Origin: Octopus vulgaris
Lineage: Eukaryota
Direction of reading: 5' to 3'
DNA: 64,000 bases
Assembly (NCBI GenBank): GCA_951406725.2
Contig: OX597821.1
Span: 39,060,001 to 39,124,000 of the forward strand
The position numbers were made by a program, and so were the translations under genes. The notes under the pieces are model-generated. The model made no database searches. It worked only from the letters and a program-made list of their open reading frames with translations, and had not been told where the DNA came from. This document shows, in pieces, positions 52,128 to 64,000 of the stretch. Within the stretch, counting starts at the first letter, position 1; each line of letters starts with the position of its first letter.

Positions 52128-52346
52128 GTGCACTTATATGACCTTATGTGGGTGCACTTATATTGTGCACAGATTGTACACTTATATTATATTGTACACT
52201 GATTGTACACTTGTATTGTACACTGATATTCTGCACTTATATTGTACATTGATTGTACAGTGATTTTCTGCACTTATATCGTACACTTATATTGTACACT
52301 GATTGTACACTTATATAATATTGTACACTGATACTCTGCACTTATA
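52128..52346. repeat. Minisatellite of 11-13 bp units ATTGTACACT(G/TAT)
   Basis: More than a dozen degenerate copies with a TGTACA/TGCAC core. Confidence 0.9.
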
Positions 52347-52844
52347 CGTCTGATTTTATTAATATCCCCATATCCAGAACAGTAATTCAAAGACTTGTTG
52401 TTCAATATTTCGTTTTGCCGGATCATCTCTTAGTCTCTGTTGGTCAGCTTAACACCCAGGATTCTCTTTCAGAGACTCACATTTGAACATTTGAAGAGAT
52501 ATATCAAATTTGTCAAGTACGAAAGGCATTTACCTATTGCCTATTATGTAATTTCCTCCTTCCATCCACCTCTTCCTATCTCTGTTTTGTTTATAGTTTA
52601 GTAATGTGGTGTTAAGATCATAATTATAAAATCAATATCACAATATCTATTTCCTGTTGATTAATCAATGCTCTGCAAACAAGTATTTACTGTACAATGT
52701 TCATCAGACAGGAGGCTGTTGGCATCGCAGAACAAAACAATTTAAAGTAGAGCAAAACTAAGTCTATCGCACTCATTGTTGTATGGACTTGCCTGAAGAG
52801 ACTGGTGTGGCAGCAAATCAGTGTTGAAAAATGCTAACACTCAC

Positions 52845-52876
52845 ACATATATATGTGTATATATATATATATACAT

Positions 52877-52907
<31 letters not shown>

Positions 52908-53010
52908 CATATATATGTATATATGCATATATATATATATATATACGTGTATATATATATGCATATATATATATATATATGCATATACATATGTATATAT
53001 GTATATATAA

Positions 53011-53048
<38 letters not shown>

Positions 53049-53211
53049 TTTATTTTCTCTCTCTGCTTATTTCTGTGTTCCTTTCTGTTGAAGAGCGTAG
53101 GCTTGAAACGCAAAAGACTTTCTCACTTCCCGAGCGTTAAACTAATACATCTGTTTGTTGTTTACACACCTGTCTTTGTTTTTTGTAAATTCCAACCGTA
53201 TAATATGTACG

Positions 53212-53260
<49 letters not shown>

Positions 53261-53507
53261 ATATGTATTTATATATATATGTATATATGTATTTATATAT
53301 ATATGTATTTATATATATATGTATATATGTATTTATATATATATGTATGTATATATGTATTTATATATTTATGTATGTATATATGTATTTATATATATAT
53401 GTATGTATATATGTATTTATTTATATATATATGTATGTATCTATGTATGTGTATATATATATGTATGTACATATGTATTTATATATATATGTATGTATCT
53501 ATGTATG

Positions 53508-53567
<60 letters not shown>

Positions 53568-53600
53568 CATATATATATAAACACATGTGTGTGTTTGTAT
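52845..53600. repeat. Large (TA)n/(TATG)n compound microsatellite, interrupted at 53047-53205
   Basis: Direct reading; source of the spurious 274-aa ORF. Confidence 0.95.
53081..53116 (+). ncRNA. Degenerate minimal hammerhead-like motif in a cassette of about 160 bp (53047-53205)
   Basis: cuuu-CUGUUGA-A-GAGC(guag)GCUU-GAAA-CG-CA-aaag: same architecture as 37089-37123 but with A6U and U16.1C changes. Confidence 0.55.
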
Positions 53601-54189
53601 AAATGCATACAACATTATTTGTTATCCATGAGTGTCACTTTATAACCATCATCCAGAAGAGAAAATCTAATAACTATTTAAAAAAGAACATGAATTTATA
53701 TCACTAAAAACGATGTGTTAATGGTTTGATAATCCCCTTGGACATGATGGTGCAGCATCTGTCAAAGTAAGTTAATTAATTTTTCTTTGTTAGCACAAAT
53801 GATTACGTAGTTTATAGTTAGAAAACTACTTGTGATGTCAGTGCTGTGAATGTAAAACTGTGAATGTGTTGACTGTGATGAGCAATTAACTTATTCCATT
53901 GTAATTGGATGGTAAAACCAGTTGACAGAGAATGGAAAATGCTTAATTGGTACTTTCATTTAAAATATTATATTTAGTTTATAAACAAGAATATAAAGTG
54001 CAAGGAATCAGCCATTGCTCAGTCAATCCATCGTTGATGAATAATTATGAGTCATGTCACAACTTAAATAAACAACATATTTGTTGATTCTACTTGGACT
54101 GACGTATTTGGATCTAATGGAAAAATTGACATCCCACTCTGCTATGTTATCCAAATTGACCAATGACAAAGAGTTTCACCTCTTATACA

Positions 54190-54380
54190 GGTGGCACATA
54201 AAAAGCACCCACTACACTCATGGAGTGGTTGGCGTTAGGAAGGGCATCCAGCTGTAGAAACATTGCCAGATAAGACTGGAGCTTGGTGCAGCCTTCTGGC
54301 TTCCCAGATCCCCAGTCGAACCTTCCAACCCATGCTAGCATGGAGAACGGACGTTAAACGATGATGATGATGATGATGAT
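54190..54380 (+). mobile_element. Young RTE 3' end with (GAT)n tail
   Basis: Near-perfect reverse complement of 46805-46995. Confidence 0.92.
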
Positions 54381-54954
54381 ACAATGATAAATAATGATAT
54401 TTAGAAGGTGTGGCTAACTCATCAATCAGTCTAAAGTGTCCAAATGATCAGAAGTTGGTTTTGTGTCCCTGAAATATTAAGTAATGTAATTCTGAGTTAA
54501 GCTGTTAATATCTAAACTCCATCACATGCATTGCATACCCTCTTGTTGGCGTACCTACCTGTTACACACACACACACATACACCTTATTTTTTATTATTG
54601 CTATCACTTTCCTTACTCCCTCTTGCTGTGTTCTACACTGTAGCTTTTTACCATCATCCTTTTTGGCGACTGATTTCCTTTACAGATATTCCTGTTTTTG
54701 TATTATTTGATCAAAGATGCTCAAAACTCTTTCACATCTCTTCAGATTTGTGATGTCATTGCAGACCAAGTGACATTCAGAGTTTGAACTTCTGTAGGCT
54801 GATACTTGCTGGAAGAATATGAACACGGAGGGAATTTCCAGTAAGAGGGGAAAAATCGATGGAAGGGATTAGTGTGTGTGTGGACAAAGAGTTGGTACTT
54901 CACCCCAATGGCGAGTGACCAGTACATTCTTTATTCTTTCTTTTTTCTTTTATT

Positions 54955-55355
54955 CTTTTACTTGTTTCAGTCATTTGACTGCAGCCATGCTGGAGCACCG
55001 CCTTTAGTCGAGCAAATTGACCCCGGGACTTATTCTTTGTAAGCCTAGTACTTATTCTTTGTAAGCCCAGTACTTATTCTATCGGTTTTTTTGCCGAACT
55101 GCTAAGTGACGGGGACGTAAATACACCAGCATCGGTTGTCAAGCAATGCTAGGGGGACACAGACATACAAACACAAACACACACACACATATATATATAT
55201 ATATGACAGGCTTCTTTCAGTTTCCGTCTACCAAATCCACTCACAAGGTATTGGTCAGCCTGGGGCTATAGCAGAAGACACTTGCCCAAGATGCCACGCA
55301 GTGGGACTGAACCCGGAACCATGTGGTTGGTTAGCAAGCTACTTACCACACAGCC
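54955..55355 (-). mobile_element. SINE family B, full length
   Basis: Reverse complement of 3534-3940; internal 22-bp duplication TTATTCTTTGTAAGCC(T/C)AGTAC. Confidence 0.92.
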
Positions 55356-56128
55356 AAGACACAGCTTGCTGATTGTAGTTCGGTGTTTTTAGAGGAATAA
55401 CTAATCAAACTTAGAGGTCATAGTCATTGTTTAACATTTGAGGTAATTAACGAAGAGATTTCAATCATTCTAGGTCAGATTGTAGAGAGCTGGGGGTTTT
55501 TTTTCTTCTATTTTCTACCCCTGGAAATAAATGGAAATTTGATGGAGAAGACATTTGTCATTCTTCAGTGTAATATTGAGGTCTTTTAATAACAGAAATA
55601 AATTTGGCCAGTCTCTCTGATTACACTCCTTAACAGGTTTGCCAATATCAATAACATTGAGAAAGCTATGTTCACTTGATATCATTAGGACCAATTATGA
55701 CATCTGTCATTCTTTGAAAAGTGCTTATAGTTTTAGTCAGAGCAAAAGATAACTTTGTACGTTGGAATAAGCATTGACCAGCTTGAAATGCAGTGTGCCA
55801 TTCATCCCCATGATATAGTATGCCAGTTGATGACATATTGCTTTCAGATTCATTTTGCTATAGAATCCATGAGATTTTCAATATTGGGCATTGGAGAGGC
55901 AACTTGAAAACTGTAATGATTTCTCATTTGTGGATAAGTAACAACAACAAGGCTGTTTGCAACTGTTTCTTATAACTAGTTTCACTAAAGCAGTTGTTTA
56001 AACACACTCTTAATAAATATTTCATGAACTGGAGAAACATGGTGAGATTTGGAAGCGGTTAGTTTCAAATTATTATATAGCTGGGTAAAATATAAAGAGG
56101 ATTCACCAATTTAGAGTAATTAAAGCTG

Positions 56129-57345
56129 CAGGGTGTGAGGGGTATTTGAGGACAGATTTTGTATACAATGAAACAAAGATATTTCAGCATAAATAATTAT
56201 GTATTTTAATAAACATTTGTGCAATTAGTCTTGATAATGATTTTCTAAGCAAATTATTTTAGGAAACTGCCTTTGGCTTTGGTGACTGCTTCAATGTGGG
56301 ACCGAAACTGCTGGCATGCTGACACTATATGGTACTTATTCATTTCAAACATCACTTGGACAATGGCAGCTTTCAGTGAAGCTATGGTATTATGAGGATG
56401 ATGATTAGTTTCCCTTTCAACAATGCTCCACATGTAGTAGTCTCTGGGGTTCAAATCTGGTGAGTTTGGAGACCATATATTGGGTGTTACATAATCGTAA
56501 AGATTGTTTGACAACCATTCTTGGGTGACTAGGGCTTTGTGGGAAGGTGCTGAGTCTTGCTGAAACACATATGGTTTTCCATTGCTTACTTCATCAATGC
56601 AGGGCTTCATAACAGTTTTCAGTACCTCAGTGTATCCAGCAGCATTAATTCTTAGACCCTGTGGAAAAAAGTGGGAAGGCATCACATGACCTTTACTACT
56701 CACCACTCCTAAAACCATCACAGTTGCTGGAAATTTCATGTGCATCACTCTGGGTACTTCATTTTTTCTGCTAGACTTTTGATCCTGGTTAAAGTTTTTT
56801 CCATCACAGAAAAACCAAAGCATGCCTTGTTCATGACAGTTTTTCACTTTGTTAAGTGACAATTTTGAACAGATGAGACAGTTTTCCTGTGTCTTTGCAG
56901 ACACAAATTGGCCTTTTCTCATTAGATAGGAGGTGTATCGAATGTCATGATGTACCACAGTTCTGATACTCCACTCTGGCAACTGAAGTTCTTTAACAAT
57001 GGACCTCATTGATAATGTTTTGAACATGTGGTATAAATTCCGTTCTCCTTTTAGTGTGTGAGCATTGTGAATATATTTTTCTCTTTGATACAGATGAAAC
57101 ATTACCATTACATGCTTCCAATTCCAACTAAACTTTGTGTAGAAATGATTTGGCAACATTTAGAAAGTTGCTAATTTCTAAATCAATGTGGTTTGCATGT
57201 AAAGCAACTACGACTGCATGTCTTTTCCTTTCTTGAGTTAGCATCATATCTTGAAAGGGTTATCTGAGAAAAGCAAATGATGCATCACATAATTTGAAGG
57301 TGTACTGAACTAAAAATGAAATGTCCTCATACCCCGCGCACCCTG
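56129..57345 (-). mobile_element. Tc1/mariner superfamily DD37D (maT-type) transposon with TIRs
   Basis: TIRs CAGGGTGTGAGGGGTATTTGAGGACA and CAGGGTGCGCGGGGTATGAGGACA, TA at 57346-47; 37 residues between QQD and NPRD. Confidence 0.9.
56254..57247 (-). pseudogene. DD37D transposase, disrupted N-terminus with open catalytic domain
   Basis: WFFCDGKNF..VMVLGVVS..FQQDSAPSH..WSPNSPDLNPRDYYMW; likely true start MMLTQERKRHAVVVAL (about 57247) is in another frame and has an internal stop. Confidence 0.85.
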
Positions 57346-57799
57346 TATATTAAGATTTCTTAAATTCAAATATAACATACCATTTAAGAAGGTAATAAGG
57401 CAGAACTATAGAGAAGCACATGTTAGGCAAAACGTTTCAAATGCATCTTTTTATGCAAATACATATATGTATATATAGAGAGCAAATAATTGATGAGAAA
57501 ATATTTGTGAAAATATCATTGACTCTATTATTATCTAGGGCAATGATTTTAATCCTTCAGCTATTTAATGTTTTTTGGGGGCCTGCAATTGCCTATATTA
57601 TTGATTCTGGTATCATCATTTTAAAATTGTTACACTAGATAATGATCTGCAGCTTAAAAAGTACATTCTGCTGAAAAGGACCTTTGACAAAAAAAAAAAG
57701 TAATAATACAACTAACCTAGTATTTCTGGAAAATCAACTAATAATTTCTAAGAAGAAATAGATGAGGCCCAGTTACTGTTTTATCAAAAGTGCAGTTGA

Positions 57800-59410
57800 A
57801 ATGCACAACTCAAGAACGTAAGCAATATTTTGTAGTAATGGTGTATTGCTTTCACTGAAGGTAATTTTAGTTTTACGAATCACTTCATCTAAAATTTTTC
57901 TGTCAACCACAATCCATTATGTCAAAGCAAAGAAAAGTTGAGATTGAATAGAGAAACAAAGAAACAAAAAATAGATGGAAGGTTTGTATTTTTTTGTTGA
58001 ATTGGAAGGTAAGCCATCCTGTAAACAAATTTCTGTTGCTAAAAAGCACAGGCATCAGGAAGATAAATTTAAAGATCATAGTGGTGAGATTTACAAAGAA
58101 AAAGTTGATCAAGTCTGTATTTAGTTAGAGAATCAGAAAAAACAGAGTGGTACTAATGCAGATAGTGCTTGTAATGTAATTGCAAAAGAAATAGCCAATT
58201 TGTCAAAGCAAAACTGCTTTCTGAAGAATTTGTTTAAAAAATGCATGACTAAGGTAACATGTCAGAGATAGATTGCTTTAAAAAAGACAACAATTATTTT
58301 CGAATATGTTATTGCCAAAGAACTCTTTGACTGACTATATTATGGATAACTCTGAAAACTTAGACTTGTGACTTAAGCATAAAGTCCATTCTTTAATTGC
58401 GTTTTCCATTGCCATTGATTAAAGCATCAACATCACTCTTGTAGCACAACTTAATCTAAGATGGTAATGAAAATATATACATCACTGAAGAATTGTGGAA
58501 TTTGTACTTAAAGCCTAAGCAACAGAGAATGATATAATTCAATTTTTGATTGTCCTTTAAATAAATTAACAATGGAACTCCATAAATGGTAGACATATTT
58601 ACTTAGCTGCAGTGTTCAGATGGAAATCAAAATTTTTTTATTGATAAATTAAGACCACCATCTCTACAATTTGTTATGCTGCACAGCTATGGAAGTGGAA
58701 TATAGTATTGATATTATATTGTGATAAAAACAATCTTATGTGTGTATATAAATCAAATCACCAAGAATTTGGTACTTCTTTAAGGAAGACTGGAGCTTCA
58801 CATGGACTGCCCTCTCACACAGCAATGTTTGTTGATTAAGTAAAAATTGCCATTGAAATGAAAGTAAGAACATGTTCCTGAATAAATTCAACATTTAACT
58901 GTTCTGACTGGCATTAGTAGTCATTGAAGCATTTTTAATCTTGGCATTGGACCAATCAAACGTTGACAGAAAATTTATCTTATTTTGTAGTTGTGAAATA
59001 ATTTGAGTCTTCTCCTAAATATGAAAGGATATCTTGTGAAAAGTAGTTGCTGACTTAAGAAGAGACTTTAAAAAATGGTTCTCAGATTTACATGAAATTA
59101 AGCAAAAGTTCTCTATTTTACTGGATCCATTTTCTGTTTGACATTAATGTTTTTTCTGAAGAACTTGAAGTAACAGATATGAAATGGGATTCAGCTCTCA
59201 AGGCAAAACGTCTTTTCTTATCAGTATTGTAGTTGTAGATATCCTGAATACAAGAGTTTTTTTGTATTAAGCTATCCTGAACTCATTCTGCTTACTACCA
59301 GAATAATGTCAGTTTGGAAGTGCATTTGTTTGTGAGCAGTTATTTGCAATATTGTTCAAGAATAACAATAACTGAAGACCATTTCAAGTGATGACCAAAC
59401 TTTGATATTT
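57800..59410 (+). pseudogene. Highly decayed hAT transposase (SPIN/GTF2IRD2-like)
   Basis: IAKEIA..EEFV..KKCM; FSIAID*SINITLVAQL (compare FSIALDESTD..AQL); C-terminal YPEL..RIMS.FGSAFVCEQLF (hATC FGSTY.CEQLFS). Confidence 0.7.
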
Positions 59411-61569
59411 TGGTAGAAACCAAATTTCAAGAGGCTGCAGTAAAAATTAAATTAATTCAGACAATCTGTATACCAATTCTTATTCTTAGGATTCTTGATA
59501 CAGCCATAGGACTACATATACAACTTGAGGATGAGGTTTTCCCATCACACGTATCTGTGCACACAAACACTGATAATATCTCATATCTTTATATTTTTTG
59601 TTATCAAAGTTGTTATAATATCCATTGATCCCATTATCCTGTTACATTGGCCTATATTCAGGGTTTTGGAGGATATTTGTGTTTATCTCTACTCTTTAAA
59701 CATGAACAGAACAGCTTTGCTAAAGAAAAAGGAGAATATAAAGAATGGTTGCACATTGGGAACAGCCAGAATTTTTCCCCTAAGCCATACATTTGTAAGT
59801 AATATTTCAGATTGAGGAAAAGGCAAACTGATAAACAAGTTGAAGCATAAAACTCTTGTTTGCTGTCTAAATGTGTCACAATAGAAATAACCAAGGTGCA
59901 CTGATAAGTTACCAAGAGAAATAGGACAGGAAGTCTCCTTGGCTTAACATCCTGTAATAGTTGTGACTGTTACTGTTATGCAAGCAGAGTCCTTCATTTC
60001 CAATCTTCCATGAAGACATGTCTGGCCATAGGAAAATATCCCCTTCCTTGAAAACAGGTGAGGGTTGGCAACAAGAAAGGCATCTGGCCATATAAAATCT
60101 GTCTCAACAAATTCCTTCCAACTCATGCAAGCAAAGAAAAATGGATGTTGATACAACAACAGTGATGATGTATGCATAAATAAAGTCTTTTGAAGCAACG
60201 TTGATTAAAATTTATCCGTGAAAAGTTAAACAAGACTTTACACAAAAATATTTTATTCAATGCTGCTTCGTGTGACTTTATTTCATTTAAGCTCGGAAAA
60301 GTTTTATACACATCATCATCTGTACCAAATGCTGTTCTAATCTAGAAACAAATTCATTCTTATCAGGCTGTGAGTGACAGATTTGTTGTTCATATTTGAC
60401 AATGTGAAAGAATGCAGGAACACACGCATCTTACAATTGATAACACCATTTTCAGCGCAGTGTTTCTTCACATGTTGTCTTGGAGATTTTCTCTTGGGAC
60501 TCTTTCTGCAGTGGTAGGTCTTCCCACATCCAAGTGTGCTCACGCATGTTGAATATGACTTTACGCACCCCCACCACATAGGTGTGTGTGGAAATATATA
60601 TAGATGTGCATGCTATACCTCATTGTCTAATGTCCTTCATTCTTAGATTTATAAATATTTATAAAATAAATTTGTTTTTAAATTGTCACCACTTCTCATA
60701 ATAGAACGTCTTGGATAATTCTTTAATAAATAACACATAAAATACCAAACTAGGCTAAAATTAATTATTGTCTCTTAATTTGCTGACCTTTGTTCTCCTT
60801 TTCCCTTGATGTCTCTCAGGAATTACCTATTTATAAACTCATTTTTACTTGCTATAAATTTCAAATCTTCTTTCACCAATATTTTCCAGACTACTGAAGA
60901 TGGAATTAACTCACAATTTCTGTCGTTTTTTTGTGCGAAATAATATAAAAGAATATTTTACAACTAGGGTTCTTTACTTTCAATGAATGCTAGTTGTTTA
61001 AAATAAAATGTTTTCCATATGACTGGCTTTCACTTCTCTTTGCAAGAAGTTTTTCATCAATACATTATCTCAGTTGGAAAAAGGTTCATAGTCTTGGCAG
61101 CAGAAACTGAAATCAATTCCCAATGTGCAACATAAAACAATTTTGTGTCATGTCATCCACAATATGACAGGTAACAAGGCTCTTTCGATCAGGATGAAAA
61201 CCAAGTATAAAGTCCCAAGGCATTCTAAAGCAATTTTCAAGAAACACGATCAACTGTTGAGTGCCACCAACTTAAAGCCAACTATACTTGTGGAACAAAT
61301 GTCATGAAATTCAAAAGAGCTCAGTAAGATCTTACACTTGTGAATTGAACAATAAAAATATACTGACAGCCAAACAGGTTTGATTGTGCATGCAGCACAA
61401 ATGACCATCTTTGGTATGATAAACTGCCAATAATTCTATTGGCAGGAAAAGTATGAATAAGTTGAAACTAAATGCCACAAATCTTCAGAAACGATTACAC
61501 ATTCCTAGTAATTCCCCAGTAATTTCTCATAGACTCACAGAAACTGATAGTAAATATGAAGTGGTCATC

Positions 61570-62820
61570 AGCCATTGTGTTTTCATAATTAGATAAACTG
61601 ACCGATATACTGAAAAGGACTCCCCACCAAAACACAAAAGCAAAAAGACAGCTGGCCCTGATAATATAACTCTAGAATTTTGAAAGACAGCAGCAGTCAA
61701 TGAAATTCATCTTCATATTTGTAATACAATCAACAATCAAAACCTAAAAAGAAACGAAGGGTGTTTTTACTCTCATTCTCCAATAAAAGTAATTCAACTA
61801 CAACCAAAACTCACAGAAGGACTTTGCAGCAAAAATATGTTATAAATTATTGGTAAATTATATACATCCAGAAGTGAAGAAGGTTTTATGTAAAAACCAA
61901 AATCAACTCAGGGGGAAAAAAATCAGTCTACTATTGAAAAGATTTTTAGCATCCAGAAAAATCACCATGGAAACCAGGTTTACACATCTGCAAAAATCTG
62001 AAGAACTCTTTAAAAATTTTGTAGATCGACTGAGGCAAAATGGAGAAAATTCTTCTTAACTACAGAATTATCAAAGCAGAAGGAGCAATCATGATACACT
62101 GAAAAAACATGAGTTAACATATGATCACCTGATAGAAATAATAGAGAAGTCGGTGGTTTCTTCAGTAGCAGACAGGCTTCTTCCTATTTATTATCTGTCT
62201 AGATTACATCCTTCCGTCTGCCTTCATCACTCATCCACAACAACAATAGATGCTAATCTACTGATGGTGGCACTGTTGTTGTAGATACCATTTCTGAAGC
62301 CATCTTCTATCAACACAACTTTAAACAAGAGACAAGAGATATTCACTTTTATCTCAATATGTCAAACACTAAATAAAGCTGCAATCATTTAACAATATCA
62401 ATAAGCACAATCAAGCAAAATCCTTTAAAATCAGCAAACATCATTGTATACACTTGAAAACAATATCTCAGTCACAGAAAGGGAACAAAAAAAACGTCAT
62501 CTTGTAAATGCAGGCACTGTCTTGGATAGCCTTGGTGTCTTCTGGAAGTCATTGCTATACTATGAGCTTAAAGAGAGACTTCTTTCATGCCACTTTCAAA
62601 TCAAAAGTATTTTACAGATCTATTGCTTGGACACTCATCAAATATTGGCAAGGCATGAGGGTGCTTGCACCAGCACATTACAAGGCGGTTCTGAATATCT
62701 CCTTGGCAAAGCAGCTGACCAAAGAAAGACTGTATGGACATCTCATTATCACTGATGCCATTACCGAGAAATGCACTTGTATCTTCAAGACATTGCTGGA
62801 AAGTTCAGCAACACACATCC
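61570..62820 (+). pseudogene. Decayed RTE-like LINE reverse transcriptase
   Basis: KKTAGPDNITLEF*K..ICN; AAKICYKLLVNYIHPEVKKVLCKNQ; SIAWTL..AVLNIS..KQLTKERLYG. Confidence 0.7.
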
Positions 62821-62829
62821 ATGGCCACC

Positions 62830-63310
62830 ATCATCATCATCATCATCGTTTAATGTCTGCTTTCCATGTTAGCATGGGTTGGACGATTTGACTGCGGGCT
62901 GGCGAACCAGATGGCTGCACCAGGCTTCAATCTTGATCTGGCAGAGTTTCTACAGCTGGATGCCCTTCCTGACGCCAACCACTCCGAGAGTGTAGTGGGT
63001 GCTTTTTACGTGCCACGGGCATGGGAGCCAGTCAGGCAGTGCTGACAACGACCTTGCTCAAATCTTTTACACATGGCACCGGCACAGGTGCCAGTAAGGC
63101 GATGCTGGTAATGATCTCACTTGAATGGTGCTTTTTACGTGCCACCGGCACGGAGGCCAGATAGCCACTCTGGCAATGATCATGCTCAGATGGTGCTCTT
63201 AACACCCTACTAGCATGAGGCTCGAGTGCTAGTAAGGCGAGGCTGATAACGATCACACTCGTATGGTGCTCTTTGCACCCCGCTATCACAGATGATTTTG
63301 ATTTTGATAT
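62830..63310 (-). mobile_element. RTE 3' UTR fragment with subrepeat array
   Basis: (CAT)n-CGTTTAATGTCTGCTTTCCATG.. plus 4-5 subunits of about 60-66 bp. Confidence 0.9.
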
Positions 63311-64000
63311 GTGTAAGTGTAAGTGTACCAAATACACTCACATGGCTATAGTAGTAGCCATTTGTCCAAGGTGTGATGCAGTGAAACTGAACCCAAAAGT
63401 ACTGGGTTTGGAAGGGAACTTGTCATTTATGTAGCCATACCTATCCATATGTTTTTTCAAAGGTAATTTTTATAGTGGCCAACAAATTATCTGTTTGAAT
63501 AAATATAATCTCAATAAATCACTTAATAGTTTTCAGATAATTATAAATATGATTATAAAATATAAATCAGTAAATAACTTTTATAAATCATTAATAAAAA
63601 CATACGGGGTCCTTATTTATGACTGAAGGGGTTTCTAAATATATCAAAATAAAAGGGATTTCATTTTGATTTTGTCAAGAAACAAAAATACACTTTCTAT
63701 GAATGTTTTATGATGCTAGAGTGGAATTGAAGTGAAGAAAATTTTGTTAAAAAACAATTAAATTATCAAATATATTCATAAATATTCCATAATTTTACTT
63801 CTTATAAAGTAGCAATAATTAAAGTTTGTCTGTGGCCAGATAAACAATATGGAGTCAGAGACTGCAGTGATTAGAAAAGAGAGAACCGCTGCCAAAATAG
63901 CAAATAAATGGTATCTCTTCTTGAGGTGGTAATTAAATAGTAAAAATATAAGAGCCAGTCATAAAAAAATAGTTTGAATAATTTATAGGAATAGACAAAC

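Noticed and set aside
52790-52835. CTGAAGA..stem..GAAA near (TA)n as another hammerhead
   Set aside because: Extra bases before GAAA, no stem III/NUH and no stem I pairing.
52821-53645. 274-aa ORF and similar Y/I/C/V/H/T-rich ORFs throughout the window
   Set aside because: Translations of (TA)n/(TG)n/(CA)n microsatellites, which lack stop codons in some frames.
63000-63300. Regularly spaced repeats resembling a CRISPR array (also 38050-38300 and 30110-30600)
   Set aside because: The intervening sequences are homologous to each other, the array lies in an RTE 3' UTR, the DNA is eukaryotic and there are no cas genes.

Overview
AT-rich, microsatellite-dense animal genomic DNA. The SINE, RTE and MITE families resemble those I recognise from octopus (coleoid cephalopod) genomes; this taxon call is an inference. 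I find no intact host protein-coding gene, so the window is intergenic or deep intronic, and most listed ORFs are microsatellite or repeat artefacts. It is a mosaic of three tRNA-derived SINE families (called A, B and C here), many RTE-LINE 3' ends, decayed LINEs (RTE, CR1/L2-like, R4/Dong), Penelope-like element (PLE) remnants and DNA transposon fossils (Tc1, mariner, DD37D/maT, hAT). Most notable: (1) a U1 snRNA copy truncated at the Sm site and joined to an RTE 3' tail (45676-46045); (2) several minimal hammerhead ribozyme motifs with different core variants in short cassettes next to (TA)n, one physically linked to a PLE GIY-YIG fragment; (3) fold-back or inverted structures at retroelement ends; (4) a chimeric SINE enclosed by one 16-bp TSD; (5) a PHD-like zinc finger inside an RTE reverse transcriptase. 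Family names come from recognising motifs by eye, not from database searches.
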